DNA of 63,839 nt, filler included, from Phoronis australis (Eukaryota; Animalia; Phoronida): assembly GCA_002633005.1 (NCBI GenBank). It is 9 parts of 9 records of this genome, joined end to end, with 100 filler letters (N's around TTAATTAATTAA, not from the genome) between each part and the next. Parts side by side here need not be neighbours in the genome. Positions count along the whole stretch, not along the records: positions 1 to 6,777 come from NMRA01002114.1; positions 6,878 to 21,765 come from NMRA01001542.1; 7 more parts are not named here. The stretch is one strand, 5' to 3'. The position numbers and the translations under genes are program-made. Below, in pieces: positions 1 through 11,462 of this stretch (positions are counted from its first letter, which is position 1; every line of letters begins with the position of its first letter). A model generated the notes under the pieces. That model saw only the letters and a list, made by a program, of their open reading frames with translations, did no database searches and had not been told where the DNA came from.

Positions 1-229
1 AATAGGCAATATCAAAATTATTTAGCTGCAGTGCTTGGCAAGGAAATTATAAGCAAAAATAGAATTTTGTATAAAAGCGACCTTAATTTGCATATTTTAA
101 AAAATGCTCAAGGGTTCCGAAAAACCACCTCTCTAAATCATGATTAACTATGCCTAGACTACATGAAACAGCAAAGAAAAAATTTTATCCTACAAATCCA
201 GTAAAAAATTGCATTTGGCTCCCGGACTA
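1..229. mobile_element. Terminal fragment of an Academ-like DNA transposon
   Basis: Ends ...TTGGCTCCCGGACTA (reverse complement TAGTCCGGG..., a TAG-type terminus), preceded by TAATTTGCATA...AAATGCTCAAGGG, which resembles Academ right ends. The other end is outside the window. Confidence 0.45.
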
Positions 230-1006
230 ATCGTATAACTCTTGGCATTGATCTCACGAAGGTTATGCGATAACGAACTTTACGTGTGATTCCCTTGAAG
301 GAGAATGCCACCCGAAAATCAACCTATTTTGCATCAATTTAGATCGAGTGGTCCCACTCGATAACAGCAAGTTCAGTTGTTTTACCTGACACCTAACGGC
401 AGACTGAGGTGTTGAAATTAACCAATGACGTAATCGGTTCGAACGCAGGCTGTTCAGCCGATCACAACACGCTTACTGTTGTCAACTTATCGTTTGAATT
501 CATCGTTTTACACCAATAAATAATCAAAATTCGATGTAACCCCCTTACAAATACATCGAGTTCTTGAGCAAACATGTTGTTTTATTTCACTGTTACAGAT
601 TTATAGGTATTTGAATTTCAAACGCACCGTAGCCTACAGAGTTCGCCGGGGCAGGCCAATTTTCCATGGTCGATTGCGGGAGTTTTTGTCTGTTTGGTGA
701 TTTATTCGAATCATTCTTCTGTGAAATACTGACGGGGGAACATAGCTGTGCGTTGGACTTTTATTCTTACGATTTTTTCAGTTCTAAACACTCTAAACGC
801 TTGTTACTCCCCGCCAGCGAGTGGCTCGGAACCCGATCTGAGGCCCGTCGCCGCCAGGACTGGACATCACGAACATAAACCAACTTAAGTTGGAAACTAA
901 ACCTCCAGTCACGAAAAGACTATAATAGTGATCCAAATAAATAATGTGCACAGGTAATATTATTTAGGTGAATTAGCCACGAAACTGAAAATCTACACGT
1001 ACTTAC

Positions 1007-1269
1007 TTGTCGCGGGCCGCGAAGTCAGGTTCCCCTTCCAAAGAACCGTCAGGGCCGGCAACGGTCGTACAGTAACAATGATTTGAATAATGTATTTGTA
1101 TATCTAAATAAAGATTCCCCTAACATGTGACCATAGCATATAAAATCGAGTTATTGTTTCACAAGCTTTCTGTCGGCAAACACTGAATTAGCATGCGCTC
1201 ACATGGCCTCGGTGCCCGGTCAATTACTTTTAAGTGCATCTAAAGCCGGTAACGCAGTGGTTTATTCAT
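1007..1269 (-). pseudogene. Degenerate THAP-domain first exon inside Kolobok family B
   Basis: With frameshifts, the minus strand reads M-N-(K)-H-C-V-T-G-x ... I-C-Y-G-H ... and an AVPT-like segment, ending at a GTAAGT donor (1006-1001). The same remnant is present in the copy at about 10495-10770. Confidence 0.5.
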
Positions 1270-1419
1270 TGCTGGCTTCTCAAAATATTTGCACTTACAA
1301 ATACTCCAAAGACATTACAAATTGTATCTAATGACACGGACTTTGTTTCAGTCTATATAAGCATTGGTTAGGAAGAGAATAATTCATTTTGAAACAGAAC
1401 GCAGAATAATAAACGTCTA

Positions 1420-1601
1420 CATGCTACTCGCCCGGCGCCAATCCCGACTTAGTCGGGAGCTGATCCGACGAAGACTTCATGGGTCGGGTCGTTAGGTTTC
1501 ACTGACTATCAGTTCAAACCGGAATACATTGATCACAAAATACTGGAGATACAGTGCACCGTGAACATGCACAGACAACTGAACGTATGGATAATTCTTT
1601 G
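1420..1601 (+). pseudogene. Degenerate KolX first exon inside Kolobok family B
   Basis: Frameshifted peptides SDEDFMG...YQFKPEY...ERMDNS(W), ending TG|GTAAG. This is the same split-Trp intron position seen in the KolX gene at 33144. Confidence 0.5.
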
Positions 1602-2849
1602 GTAAGCCGGAATTTGTCAGCGAAATCACTGTCGACGAAATGCCGGCCACAGACATTGATGTTTCACGACCTCTATACTTGCTGTTAACAGCGTACTTTT
1701 CATTCGTCACTACCGCGAAAAAACGATAGACCCGCTTTTTTCGCAGCTTCATAGTTCGGACAAGCTTGAAGGATGCGTCGCAATATAAGGGCATTCAGTC
1801 TGCAGATTAACTACTGACGTTTTGCGTCGGTTCTCACCTTCGTCACAAGTTAACGTAACACCTCTCGGCAGGGTGAGTTCGACCGTTTATAAGCGATGTG
1901 GATATATACCGATTAAGACCATAAAAAACTAATTAAATCGGGTGGCATTCTCCTTTAATGTAACCACAGAGTCTATTCGTCTTCTCTTCAAATTACCTAA
2001 ATTCAAGGACAGAATCTACTTTCTTTTTCACCAGAAATGACAAGGCTCAACGCTGAACCCCATTTCAAGCATACATGTACATGTATCATCACTTTCTTTT
2101 TACATTGTTTCAGTTTCAAAAACTTTTATAGTTTTTAAAAGGGGAATCAGCACTAACCCTCTTACAATATTTCGTGCTGCTGTTGGCTCTAGGACACTAC
2201 TGAGCACTCACGAAACTTCCTACAGCAAATTTTCTCAACTAGGAATGTTGCTCAGATGTCAAATTGGGCCACACCTTGACGCTGTCGAATTCTTCGGACC
2301 ATCATAGCTGATCTGTTACATGTGTTATCGTCATCACAAAAGCTTAAACGGGCAAAAGTATCACGTTCTTCTGTAAGACCACATGAAGACACTACGTCAT
2401 TAGTCGCTCCAGTAGACTATTCCTCTGAACACTACCACAACTCACCACATGCACTAGTGGCATGTACGCGTAAGTCGACCACAGCATGACTCTCACATCT
2501 CGATCTGCACCAAGAAACGAGCAACCGGAAACGCTTCCAACGTCTAACTCGTAAATCGGCATATCCAGGCACCTAGCCACACCATTATTGATTCGACAGG
2601 CTCAGCTATGTATCCCATGTGATGGGTTACATTCTACAGACCGCAAGACATTAGGTTGCATTTGCAGCTGGAAAACTGTACTCACGGCGCAGACACATTG
2701 AAGTCCGTCTCACAATCTTACTCTCTAACATCGCCGATCAATCACTTCAGTGGCAGCAGCCCCAGATTGACGCTAGGACCCGGTTGTAAATGTGCAACAA
2801 AACCCCGTTTTAAGAAGTAAGGTAACCCCAAACCTCCGCACCTACAGTA

Positions 2850-4236
2850 CAGCCACTGAATTATTAGACTCTCTCCGGTGTCTCTCCGGTCTAGCCACCC
2901 GTTACCGTAACCGGAGACAGACCGGAGAGTGAGGCGTGAATCAACCGTGACAGCTGGCGTGAGCCTAAGCGTGACTGTACCCGGAGCTTACCGTGAGTTA
3001 GGCGTGAGTTTACCTGCATCGCAGATGATAAAGTAATTTATCAAAATTACATCAGTAACTAGTAGTGATGTGTGTATTATAATAGACTTTTGCTCATGTG
3101 AGGTTTAATATTTTTGAAATCATCACGTGCAGTAAAAGACCAAAATTTCCGTCTCAAATCTTAAGTCAGTTCAGAAAACAGACCTGTGGACTATACTTTT
3201 CACTTATATATAATTATTTGTTTTTATATAAACTAATAAAGAATCTTAACACGCGTGTACACGGCGGAATTATTCAAGTGCCTTCACGATATGAAGGAGC
3301 ATAGCATGTCAATTCTGAGCACATTGATCCCAAGTTCCGGCATCATGCGGAGAAAACTGATCACGCCCATGCATTTGACGAGTCAAACAGATGACCGCTA
3401 TTATTATTTTAGTGAAGAAGTACTCCGGGGATACTGTGAACTTAGTCGAAACGCATGTACTACGGGGAGGGGCTACAAATAATTGAACTGCACTACGGAT
3501 TCAGGACTTTTAATTCAAAACATTTGCTTGCAGTAAGGGATGGGTATGTCAGAAGGGCGGCCTATTGAAATTTTCTGTACGCCAGTGCGGTGCAAAAATT
3601 TACGGAGTGACACAATACTTCACAAGATGCGTAGGCTATTTTAGGGCGAATTAACTATATCCACCTGTGACAAGTTTCAAGGAGTCCACAGCCATGTAAA
3701 GATGACTCTGGGCACAGGGTCGCGTTTATTCGTTTTTACTAACCATGGTTACTGTACATGTTTGTCGTTGATGGGACTGGCTCTTAAGTCGTAAATTGAA
3801 CATGTACATGTAAGTGTAACACAAGACGAGCTGAAGGAAGACGTTTGTATGAACAACACGTGTAAGTCGGAACCAAAGTATGATAGATGACTGCTTGCAA
3901 AGATACTCTATAATATACTATAATGTCTTTGCAACTTGACCGAAATGACAGGCAATCAAGACGTTACATGTATTTTTACTGATTAGCCCGGTGCCCTTCC
4001 ATGGTTACCACAGCTACCGAAGGCGTGAAGAAAGCGTGAGGTAAGCGTGACGGAGGCGCGAAGAAAGCGTGAACGAGGCGTGAGGAAGGTGTTAACTAAA
4101 CTGGAGGTAAGCGTGAGGACTACCCGGAGAGTAGGCGTGAGGCGACCGTGACTGATTTATGTCACGCCTGTGTTCCGGTTGCGCTCCAGTCTAGCCAGGC
4201 GTGAGGTAGCCACGAAGTCTAAAAATTCAATGGCTG
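2850..4236. mobile_element. Non-autonomous TA-flanked DNA transposon with 11-bp subterminal repeats
   Basis: TIRs CAGCCACTGAATTATTAGACT (2850-2870) / AGTCTAAAAATTCAATGGCTG (4216-4236), with TA on both sides and GCGTGA/CCGGAG arrays near both ends. Superfamily uncertain. Confidence 0.8.
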
Positions 4237-5414
4237 TAATGTATTGATGGAGGGTGCCTGAGGCCTGCTGTGGGTGGGTTCTTTGATCTTTCTAGGAATG
4301 CACCTAATGTACACTCACAATTTAAAACGCTGACAGACTCCGAATCAGTAATATGACCCTGTTCTTGAAATATCCGATAAAGCATCCACAGCCGTCGTCA
4401 CAGTCCCTCTATTAACGAGGACGGAGGGTTGGAATTGCCTTGTCCACTACCGGGTCCTTGCTGCATACAGTACGAACCCTCTAGCATAAATTTGCATAAT
4501 CAAGATCATTCTGTTGAAGCCAGTTGTCCACGACAAGCGAAACTCTCAATGGTGAGAAAATGTGCCTGCTTGTGTTAGATGTACATGTAAAGAATCCAAC
4601 CCGAGTCTCAGGTTTATGACATGGGGAAAATCTCGTGTAAATTTCGCCAAAATCCCTAGGCTTACCCTTGCAATATCAAAAAAATACGTACTCGGTGTTA
4701 TTCACCAGTCGTGTCGTACCACATTCCAGGTGAGAAAACTTTTTTCATGGATACCTACCAGACTGATGGACATTTTTGGATTATTGGAAAATAATTCATA
4801 CTTTGCCTACATCACGGACTATCGTCACATATATCACATGACGGTTACCCAGATATAATGCCTCTTGGCGCTTTTTGGGTTATGTATATTCAATGTATCG
4901 AAGATTTCGTAATAAACGTTATAAAAAACGGTTATTGTAACGATCGAGCGACATCTATAGACTAAACATTACAACGAAAATTACATTTTCACATTACTAG
5001 AAGTGACAACAAAAGTGAATCCATCGTGCTCCACCCTTGGGTGATTTCACATCTTACATAAATATTTTAGACCTTTACACCAATGCTGTTATTTTTTGTT
5101 CGCTTTTTGTGCTTATACATAATTGATTAAAAGCACGACACTTTTCATTGTTGACAGTCTTTATTCCGTTACGTTCATACCTTCGGAACAAAACTCTACT
5201 CTCAACTGAACATAGATAAAGTACATGTAACTGACCTAGTGACATAATTAAAAGGCACACTATATTTCGAAACATATCTGTTTTATTCTCAAATGAAGAT
5301 AAAATGACGCAGTAATGCCACCACAGAGCATAAGCGGATGACACAGACAGTGGGACATGGCGGGTGTGAAATACTGCAAAGAATGACTAATGAAGGGGTG
5401 GGGTAACAAGAAAG

Positions 5415-5747
5415 TCACGCAAACAAGTGTAACGTGCGGTGCGACCCTGTTTGCTGCTCATTCAAAACAGGCTTCTCAAATGCAATTAAAAGGGACTCTA
5501 ATACTTTCAATCGCAGTACATCGTGCTCCACGTACCGAATTGACGTGTTTTCCACAATTTCTTGACGGGTGATTTTACGTTCGTGACATTGCAGAAAATG
5601 ATTTTGGATGGAGCAATTTTGAAGATGCATACATGTAGATAACCGACGGGAAAGACTGCAAACCGTTTGACCAATGTAACATTGTTTGACGTTTAAACGA
5701 AGACATTCGTTCATAGGGCATACATTTACAAACTCGTAACACAACAC
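5415..5747 (-). pseudogene. GIY-YIG endonuclease domain of Penelope-like element
   Basis: YEF..CPxxxC...YIGQT..LSRRL..H...I..H...H...LKVLESLLI...P.LN.Q; the upstream frame is broken by a stop and indels. Confidence 0.85.
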
Positions 5748-6089
5748 TGTGCAACGCGGGGGCGGTCTTTCGCTTAAGAAATGTTATTTTTCATGGAGGA
5801 CTTTCTATTCCGATAATAATTAATATCATCGAGGTAATCATCAGGCTTATATGTGTACAAACTTTATCCCTAATAATTTTCTTAGTGGCGTGTTCGTCCT
5901 GGAGGTAATTATTAGACATGACATTTTTGTAAAATATCTTTTTGGTCACACCGGTCCGACGTGCAGGGACTTCATTGCTAATTCTGGAGACGAATCGCTT
6001 AACAAAAGCATTGGTGTACCCATTTTTGTGCTTACATGTATGTAAATTATAGTACTGTCGTTGCAAAGTAATAAAATCCTGAAGCAATT

Positions 6090-6251
6090 CAGGGGCGGAA
6101 TTAGAGGGGTCCAAGGGGGCCATGGCCACCCCTAAAATTCTCCAAGAGTCCATTGGGCAGTTCGGGAGTACCAATGCCTGACAGGCAAAATCCTGGCTAA
6201 TACTCTGCCCTGGCAATCCCCCCCTAACTCAAAATCCTGGATCCGCCCATG
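6090..6251. mobile_element. hAT5-like MITE inserted in the PLE ORF
   Basis: CAGGGGCGGA...TCCGCCCATG termini; 5-bp TSD CAATT at 6085-6089 and 6252-6256. Confidence 0.8.
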
Positions 6252-6777
6252 CAATTGACACGTGACACAACAAACTTCAAATCAATGATCTACAAATTTT
6301 TTCGAGATTTTATAAAAGAATTATCGGAGGGAGGTTGTTCATTCTTGAGTACAACTCGGGAATGTGAGAACTACACGTACTTAGATTTTGATTGTACTTT
6401 TGGTTGACTCCGTTATCGTGAGATCAAAACATGAACTATTATTTAGCCAGGGTAGTTTTTAACCTTACGTAATGAAATGGATTAGGTAGAGTTAAGCGGA
6501 CTCGGGATTTGAAAATGAAACAAACATATGAGTATGTGACGTGTTGCATTAGTAGCTTCACGCATAAACCATATGTTGTGAGTTAACTTGTCGTCATTGT
6601 CATGGAGAAGTTATGGTAACTGTTGAGATGGCTAAATTTTGATGAACTACGTTTTTCAAAAGAGAAATGTGGCATGGTGGTACGTGCACATGCCGATAGT
6701 TTAAATTATCGCTGTGCGTTTGTAATTGTCAGTATTTGCAGTTTAAATTAATATGCACGCGTAACGACTATCCATCA

Positions 6778-6877
6778 NNNNNNNNNNNNNNNNNNNNNNN
6801 NNNNNNNNNNNNNNNNNNNNNTTAATTAATTAANNNNNNNNNNNNNNNNNNNNNNNNNNNNNNNNNNNNNNNNNNNN
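6778..6877. other. Artificial contig-joining spacer (first of eight)
   Basis: 44 N + TTAATTAATTAA + 44 N. Identical spacers lie at 21766-21865, 25494-25593, 51894-51993, 54559-54658, 57471-57570, 60619-60718 and 62478-62577. Confidence 0.98.
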
Positions 6878-7189
6878 ACCCCCTGTAGATCCGCCTCTGA
6901 ACAGTTAGTTACAAGGGAGTTACTGTTGAGTTGCTGAATGTGTCTCAGAAGCTCATCACAAGTCAAGGCTTCGCAGCACTGGCTGGAGCGTAGAATAGAC
7001 ATTACGTCGGACGTTTTGTTTGAGTAGGCTTGTGAATGTGCGGTTGAGATTAATAAAAGGGTTAACTTGAACCAGTCGTCAGTCTATCGTCGCACCGAAA
7101 GCTATTAGCACCCGCACACAGTCGTATAGCAGGCAATCAATTGTGTCACTTTAAATGTAACGCTTTCCAACGATTTCAGTTGGATTACA

Positions 7190-7987
7190 ATACGAGCTGT
7201 CCTCTTCACATTAGGAACATACTGCCAATTTCCAAACTCATCCTTAGAGTGGTTTGGGTTGACAGAGAGGCAGACGCCAAAAAAACAGACTCGAAAACAG
7301 CAAAAATAGCCACTAGGTGACCCAAAATATTTCGATTCCATCCGGTAACTGGAGGTTAGCGTCACTTCACCAACAGATGTCTATATTCCAAATTTTATGA
7401 AAATCCGTTGAGGACATTTAAAGATACGAAAAACCTAAAAAGCAAAAATTGCCACTAGGGGGTACACCGGTAGTCATGCAGATCCATAGGAAAGTCGTCG
7501 TCCCTTGTCAACTTCATATAAATGCACATGCTAAATTTAGGTTCCTGTAGAGGGTTTAGGAGATACAGCCATATGCGCAAAACAAAACAAAACCGCCACT
7601 AGGAAGCGCCACAGTAGCCAAAGTCATTGGAAATCATCGCCAGCCGTCCTCTTATAGTAAGAACATACATGCAAATTTTCACAATTAATCATCCTTAGAG
7701 CGGTTTAGTTGTCAGAGGGGTGGTCACCAAAAAACTCAAAAACAGTAAAAATGGCCACTAGGTGGTGCAAAATACCTCGAATCCATCCGAAAAGGGAAGG
7801 ATAGGTCATCTCACTAATAGCAGGAAGAGATATGCCTATATGACAAATCTTATGAAAATCCGTTGAGGACCTTAGATACAGAGGTAAACATAAAAAACTA
7901 AAATTGCCACTAGGGGGCTCACAGGTTGTCGAGTCCGTCCAAAAGTTCGCTCATACGTCCACATATAAATATGTGGGCGTGTAAAAA
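7190..7987 (-). mobile_element. Helentron-associated interspersed element (HINE/DINE-1-like), copy A
   Basis: Inverted homologue of 22740-23452 and 39547-40505, with the terminal hairpin CCACATATAAATATGTGG next to an A-run and about 150-bp internal tandem units. Confidence 0.7.
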
Positions 7988-8116
7988 TGAAAATTTGTGT
8001 GACGTCACCAGTCCTACTCCGGTTTCCGCCACAGTGTTGTTCTAACACCAGTCGTGAGCCGGAGTGGCCGAAAACAATCGAATATTGCTAGTGAGACTGA
8101 GCGTGGGACGAGTTTT

Positions 8117-8312
8117 ATGAAAAGGTGCGTGTGCGTAGGATGCAGTAACATCAATCGGACGAAAAACATTCCAGTTTTTCTGTTCCCAAAAGATCCTAAG
8201 GTCGCCCAGAAATGGCATCATATTTGTTATCTATAGTCTATGATGGCACAGGTTTGTGCGTCGGACACGGGCGATATGGCGGTACACGGCGGAGTGGCAG
8301 AAACGGAGATTT
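8117..8312 (+). pseudogene. THAP-domain fragment related to the Kolobok transposase N-terminus
   Basis: MKRCVCVGCSN...VFLFPKDPKVAQKW[31-bp insert]HRFVRRTRA, similar to MVHRCVCANCAN...LFRFPKDKHLAAKWHVFV at 28945. Confidence 0.75.
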
Positions 8313-10016
8313 GATGGTTTCTCCAGCCTATGAGTGTATCTGATCAGTGTTCATGGACAAAATGATGTAGACTAGATTGTATTGTGGCCATTGCTGGAAC
8401 GTGGTTGTCAAGCACATATTGACTTTTGCCTCAGCATCAATATTGTGACTGAGATAATGAATGTGATTGTAGTAAGAAAGTTTTCGTAAGTATATTATTG
8501 TTCCGAGATTTTGTAGGAATGCATGGAATCCACCTATATATACGTCAATGCCTAATAGTAGAAAATGGAATGCAGATGTCACGCAAATAATTTGAGGTCG
8601 CTTCTCTGTTTCGGTTCCACAAAAATAGAAACAAAATTCCATAGCAAAAAACCTCATAATATAGACAAAAATGCAAATACAAAAATACCATAATAGGAAA
8701 TGAAATTACCTCAGTATTGCAGCTCTCATCCTCTCCTATCTAAAGCCAAATGTACACTGCCCACCCAAATGTATAAAAAACAACTCAGTGCACACACCAG
8801 TTCATACACAAATGTGAGTCAGGCGTTATGCAAATCTCATTCAGCCTACAAACACCTATGACTAAACACGTGGTCATGAGGCTCCCTGAGCTAACAAACG
8901 TACAACCATATCATTAGAAAGCTATTTGTCAGTTCCTGATGATAACAATTTAATTCATAAGTAATTTATTTTGCATCCCAGACTGTTTCAAAAATATTTC
9001 ATAATTCAAAAAGCCAAGAGTGTTCCTGAATCATGAAAAAAGATAACAGCGTGTAAAAGTAACATCAAAAGGAAATGAACCAGAGAAGTTTAAAATGACT
9101 AGTTAAGTCATAAGGCATTAATATATTGTATCAGAAGACCATAAACAAAACACAATATAAAAATGGTGGTTTTCCTCAAGCAAGACAATTACAGATTTTA
9201 ATAGCTTGCCAGGCTACATAACGTTTATCCCATCTCTTGAAATCACAGAAACAAGGGCCGTCCCAATATAACATTGTGGGGTGCAGCATTCTTGGGTATC
9301 CCGAGGCTTCGATCGTGCCCTATTCATAAAAACCTGGCTCCATTAATACATCTCCGAATTGGTGTCCACTCTGTAAAAATGTACAACTATTAATCTTTTA
9401 GTCACCTTTTGCGTTTCTTCGTTGCTAGAAAACAACAAATATCTTGAAGAGAATAAGGCCACTAAACTCTTAAAGACATATCGGACTAAGAAGGAAAGTC
9501 AAGCAAAGGCCATGAAACATCGACTTGAGTTGCGACCGGATTCGCACCCACAAAATCATTTTATATCAGTTTCAATTTTCAAACCTCGAAAGACCAAGAA
9601 CTATATCATTGATTCTGGGTTATACTGAAAATCAAACTTCACTTTTGATGTTTTCTGCTATAACTAAAGATAAGTGAAAAGTCCCTTTAATTCTGTGCTC
9701 AAGTATGCAATGATTTTCTTGGATTTTCTAAAAATCCCAGTTTGCACTTGATGATCCTAACATTAAAGCTATGAGATTTTACTTGAAACCCGGTGTTGCT
9801 ACCAATACTACACAGTACGCACGCATCTCGACTAACATAGTTCATCAGCAAGATGGCGGACCACTCCGCTCAATGAAAACCACGTGATGTCAACTCTAGC
9901 TATATTTATCTCATTGGATAGCACCTGTGACAGGGCTCGACATAACGAGCTGCAGGTCGCATTTGCGACCTGAAATTTGCAAATGTGAGCTGAGATTTTT
10001 GTCAGCTCGTGGATTT

Positions 10017-11462
10017 CAGAGGTGTCGCGTTAACCTATGAGTAAGGTGAGAAACGACGCAGCGACGTCAGTGGTTCGTCTGCAGAGTGAATGCCGCTAAT
10101 ATTGCGGTGCACCGTTCCCGCTTCTGCGCACTATGAAGCTGCGAAGAAAGCGGAGTATATCGAAATGCTTAGGAAATGGCTCGTGGTAGTGAAGAATGAA
10201 GGTACGCTATTAATAGCAAGTATGAAGCCGTGAAACATGTCCGTGTCTGTGGCCGGCATAAACCTAACGATACCACCCATGAAGTCTTCATCGGATGAGC
10301 TCTTGCCGACTAAGTCGCGATTGGCACCGGGCGAGTTGCCATGTAGGCGTTTATTATTCTGCCTTCTAGCTGTTTCAAAATGAATTATTCTCATCCTAAG
10401 CACTGCTTATAAAAACTGAAACAAAGTCTGTCTCATTAGATACAATTTGTAATGCCTTTGCAGCATTCGTGAGTGCAAATATTCAGAAGCCAGCAATGAA
10501 TAAACCACTGCGTTACCGGCTTTTGATGCCGGCAATAAAGCTTTGCCGACCGGGCACCGAGGCCGTGTGAGTGCATGCTAATTCAGTGTTTAATGACTGA
10601 CAGAAAGCTGTTGTGAAACAATTACTCGATTTTATGCTATGGTCACATATGTTTGGGGAATCTTTAGAAATATACAAATACATTATTAAAATCATTGTTA
10701 CTGTACAACCTTTGCACTGACGGTCTGTGGAAGGGGAACCGGCCGACTTCGCGGCCCCCGACAAGTAAGTAGATTTTCAGTTTCGTGACTAATTCACATA
10801 ATTACGTGCACAGTTCTTTGGCTCACTATTATAGTCTTTTCGTGACTGGAGGTTTAGTTTCCAACTCAAGCAGGTTTATGCTCGTGCCAGTCCCAGCGGC
10901 CGCGACGGGATCGGGTTCCGATCGAGCCACTGGCGAGGATAAGGAGTCAGTCCGGCAGCGATGGGCCTGATCGGGTTCCGAGCCAATGGCGGGGATAACA
11001 AGCGTTTCGTGTGTTTAGAACTCAAAAAATCACAAGTCTAAACAACACAGATGTAGGTTCTCTGTATTTCACGGAAGAATACTTCGAATTTATCTTCAAA
11101 CACCTGCTACGGACCGTCTTTGTAAATTGGCCTGCCGAACTTTGTATGCTACGGTGTGTCCAAATACCAATAAATCCAACAGCGAATAGAACACGTTTTT
11201 ATAAGAACTCGGTATATTTTTAAGGGTTTTACATCGAAGTTTGGTGATTTATTGGTGTTAAACGATGAATTCAAGCGATAAGCTGTCACCAGCAACCCGT
11301 GTTGTGAACTGCTGAACAGACTGGGTGTGAAACCAATGACGTCATTAGATAATTTCAACACCTCCGTCTGCCGTCAGGTAACGCAACCGAACGAGCCGTT
11401 ATCGAGAACTACTCTATCTAAATTGATACAAAATAGGTTGTTTTTTTTAGTGGCATACTCCT
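10017..11462. mobile_element. Kolobok family B, inverted copy lacking one terminus
   Basis: Reverse-complement homology to 299-1865; ends GTGGCATACTCCT|TTAA (TTAA 11463-11466); internal deletion removes most of the KolX exon remnant. Confidence 0.85.

Larger units (their letters stand above)
299..1954. mobile_element. Non-autonomous Kolobok DNA transposon, family B, complete copy
   Basis: Perfect 17-bp TIRs AGGAGAATGCCACCCGA (299-315) / TCGGGTGGCATTCTCCT (1938-1954), flanked by TTGA (295-298) and TTAA (1955-1958). An AG..CT terminus with TTAA TSD is the Kolobok signature. Two more copies occur in the window. Confidence 0.85.
4905..6270 (-). mobile_element. 5'-truncated Penelope-like retroelement (Naiad-like) with C-terminal GIY-YIG endonuclease and partial tandem ORF start
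   Basis: Thumb/linker remnant (KNGYTNAFVKRFV...KIFYKN...YYRNRKS), then GIY-YIG at 5415-5747, then a repeat of the ORF N-terminus (MSLGQL...FRRYERNGIK...FNQLCI) at about 5075-5290, as in PLE pseudo-LTR structure. Confidence 0.75.

Noticed and set aside
4925-4965. Hammerhead ribozyme in the Naiad-like pLTR
   Set aside because: The position is plausible, but neither CTGANGA nor GAAA is intact in this copy.
5415-6216. Selenoprotein-type Naiad with recoded TGA
   Set aside because: The breaks seen are TAA and indels, not in-frame TGA at Cys positions, and no SECIS could be identified by eye.
6822-6833. Recurring TTAATTAATTAA motif
   Set aside because: Always centred in N-runs; it is an assembly linker.
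9400-9691. AGTCCCT|TTAA as the right end of the element holding the THAP fragment at 8117
   Set aside because: No matching left TIR was found in this contig.
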